From Nemertoderma westbladi (taxonomy: Eukaryota > Animalia > Xenacoelomorpha), in assembly GCA_032718475.1 (NCBI GenBank), contig JAUCBJ010003498.1, positions 1 through 50,779 of the forward strand: a stretch of 50,779 nucleotides of DNA, given 5' to 3'. Position 1 is the first letter of the stretch, and each line of letters opens with the position of its first letter. The position numbers were made by a program, and so were the translations under genes. Below, in pieces: positions 49,901 to 50,779 of this stretch. Under the pieces are notes generated by a model. The model had not been told where the DNA came from and did no database searches. It saw only the letters and a list, made by a program, of their open reading frames with translations.

Positions 49901-50169
49901 AAATCCGGTTCTAAAGCAATTGGTGCTTTAATTTGAAGATTACGAGGGGTTGAGTCAGCCTGATGAACTACAGGTTGATGTGGTTGACCAAGTAATTGTT
50001 GAAATTGATGGGCATTTTGGGCTTGGGATTGTGCTAAGGAATCAGCCAAATCGCGTTGTGATTTAACTAAAGCATGTAGAAGAGCTGAGGTGGGATCAGG
50101 ATTACCACGACCAGCCAACTGTTCTCTTAAAACCTCCAGTTCGGTTTCGAGTTCAGCTTTAGTAGGCAT
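46903..50169 (-). CDS. Ty3/Gypsy gag-pol polyprotein (Mag-like), truncated before integrase
   Basis: Two CCHC knuckles (CYGCGKTDHKRADC, CSYCGKEGHFANVC), protease PDTGA, RT (WRLCVD, LDAKDGYWQ, NPMG, VVDD), RNase H (TDAS, ELE, IDH, DALSR). Homology ends at FWNVRHQLS (~46930). Confidence 0.93.
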   Translation of the reverse strand: MPTKAELETELEVLREQLAGRGNPDPTSALLHALVKSQRDLADSLAQSQAQNAHQFQQLLGQPHQPVVHQADSTPRNLQIKAPIALEPDFSLAKFETWKSVWADYYSAFQMDRMARDRQICIFRSYLSIGMRSTLEQVIDIPPDTHDNPLTVQVLIDCIQSYFRGKRNIALDCVQFDNRKQRQSENFDSYLVAIKDLARDADLCRHCFDRRLTTRIMSGISCEDTRSKLLALTPFPSLEDAVNLCRSEESAQAGVQDLKNPSINQASRQSRFHNKKPYNSRRNNSSKSNSRNNSSTTGPIVCYGCGKTDHKRADCPARNKDCSYCGKEGHFANVCRSKQNNSNSSSKPKTKPISRITLNLVGSHNRQAPKVFLNFCHIATGHLFGSLKATPDTGAEATVAGLDFLQALSIDKENLLPPDHDDLSAANGSLLSCIGLLHTTISYGEYSTDELICICEEVNGILLAWYTCQNLGIISSSYPEPVAEIQSVASSNSSNMSPIGIKNSIPTTSFKVDFHLSDEPSPSEWDTVKQKLIKAYSDVFDQDDKLRPMNGPPMTISLKDDAQPYAIHTARQLPLAIRDWAKARLEKMVEQGIICPVLDNEPTDWVHPLVVVPKPTGGWRLCVDLTKLNKHVKRPYHPSVTPREAVNSISPSDCFFSSLDAKDGYWQIPLDESSQNLTTFISPWGRFKFLRNPMGLTSAQDVFCLRGDIALQGLDGIAKVVDDILIHSSDSHSHLAHIIAVLDRCREHQISLKAAKFKLATPEVCFAGYIISSNGIQANPSKLNAIADFPVPTNISELRSFLGLVNQLGEFTSSISEKAGPLRDLLKVKNVFCWSEPQETAFQAVKKALVSPPILAPYDPLLPTMLQTDASRLKGLGFSLLQKHDSFWKLIQCGSRFITDTESRYAMIELELLAVVWATRKCKVYLMGLPSFELVIDHKPLLPILNNYTLDMIDNPRIQRLKEKLTLYFFNTTWRKGSEHSIPDALSRAPVSDPTPEDILCDTDVNDHVSAVIRHVSTSIVVSDAPSHLKDSYIESIRSSAKDDISYMALVDAVISGFPSTSTQCSVHIRPFWNVRHQLSKRLPNVFI

Positions 50170-50779
50170 ATCTGACTGTTGAATATTAGAGAAATTTCAG
50201 GAAATTAAATATCCGAAAAAATTTGAAAAATCCGAAAAGAAAAAATTTTGCAAAAATGTGCAAAACTTTTGCACGCAAATCAGCCAAAATCTGTAGTTAT
50301 CGAATACTGGCAGACTGGAATACCGCCTGACTGCTGAATGTGAATTGAATAGGTACCGGTAGTTATAATTAGGCTAGCGGGCGTCGCTGCCTACCCCTCA
50401 CGGCCCCCGGACAGCGCAAGGTCCTCAGCGCCGATGTAGGCTACCGTCGTCGCTGTGTTTTTCGCCAACGTAGTAGCTACACAACGACAACGATAACCAG
50501 CGCGAGTCACTCCACTGTCCGTCCCAAGGGCTTAGTTTAGAAGAGTACTGGAGTAGGTACACCACCAGAAGTATAGGTAGGTAGCTAGGCCTAGATCAGA
50601 ATCAGTAGAGGCGACCGGTAGAATAATGTTGAATTATCTAACCTGCTGAATGCGCTGGAATGTCCACCATTTGAATAGGGTTGTAGGAACATCAAGTACA
50701 TCACTGCGCCATATTGGGATCGGAAATAAATGAATACCAGCTGCATCAGTTTATTAATGGTCGACATACAGAACAGCAT
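46930..50779 (-). mobile_element. 3'-truncated Ty3/Gypsy LTR retrotransposon running off the window end
   Basis: gag-pol ORF, ~530-bp leader, candidate PBS and probable 3' edge of the 5' LTR at ~50715..50779. Confidence 0.88.
50701..50711 (-). promoter_or_regulatory. Candidate primer-binding site TGGCGCAGTGA (tRNA-Ser-like)
   Basis: On the minus strand it lies 3 nt after a CA dinucleotide and upstream of gag. Confidence 0.55.

Overview
This is AT-rich, repeat-dense eukaryotic DNA, most likely from an invertebrate animal; nothing indicates a prokaryotic locus. The one intact host-type gene is the main discovery. The ORFs at 5014 and 16311 are two exons of a single gene (5014..7225 joined to 16279..18548 across a 9053-bp phase-1 GT-AG intron). 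It encodes a ~1493-aa Apaf-1-like protein whose N-terminal CARD is replaced by a complete caspase domain: caspase - NB-ARC - helical domains - beta-propeller/WD40, i.e. a single-chain apoptosome. The caspase keeps its His/Cys dyad but has a remodelled S1 pocket (EACQS, Arg341-equivalent replaced by Met), and the MHD motif reads LHP. The intron holds a ~4.7-kb 41-bp satellite, SINEs and an internally deleted THAP/P element. The rest of the window is nested mobile DNA: L2/Crack-like and RTE-like LINE fragments; hAT, Harbinger, Mutator and piggyBac non-autonomous elements with visible TSDs; two copies of an unclassified element with a tRNA-like head, three CCAAT boxes and a TATA box; a zinc-finger (Crypton-like) pseudogene split by two related TG...CA inserts, one carrying recent tandem duplications; and a 3'-truncated Ty3/Gypsy gag-pol. 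All calls come from reading the sequence by eye. No database search was run, and family names rest on remembered motifs.
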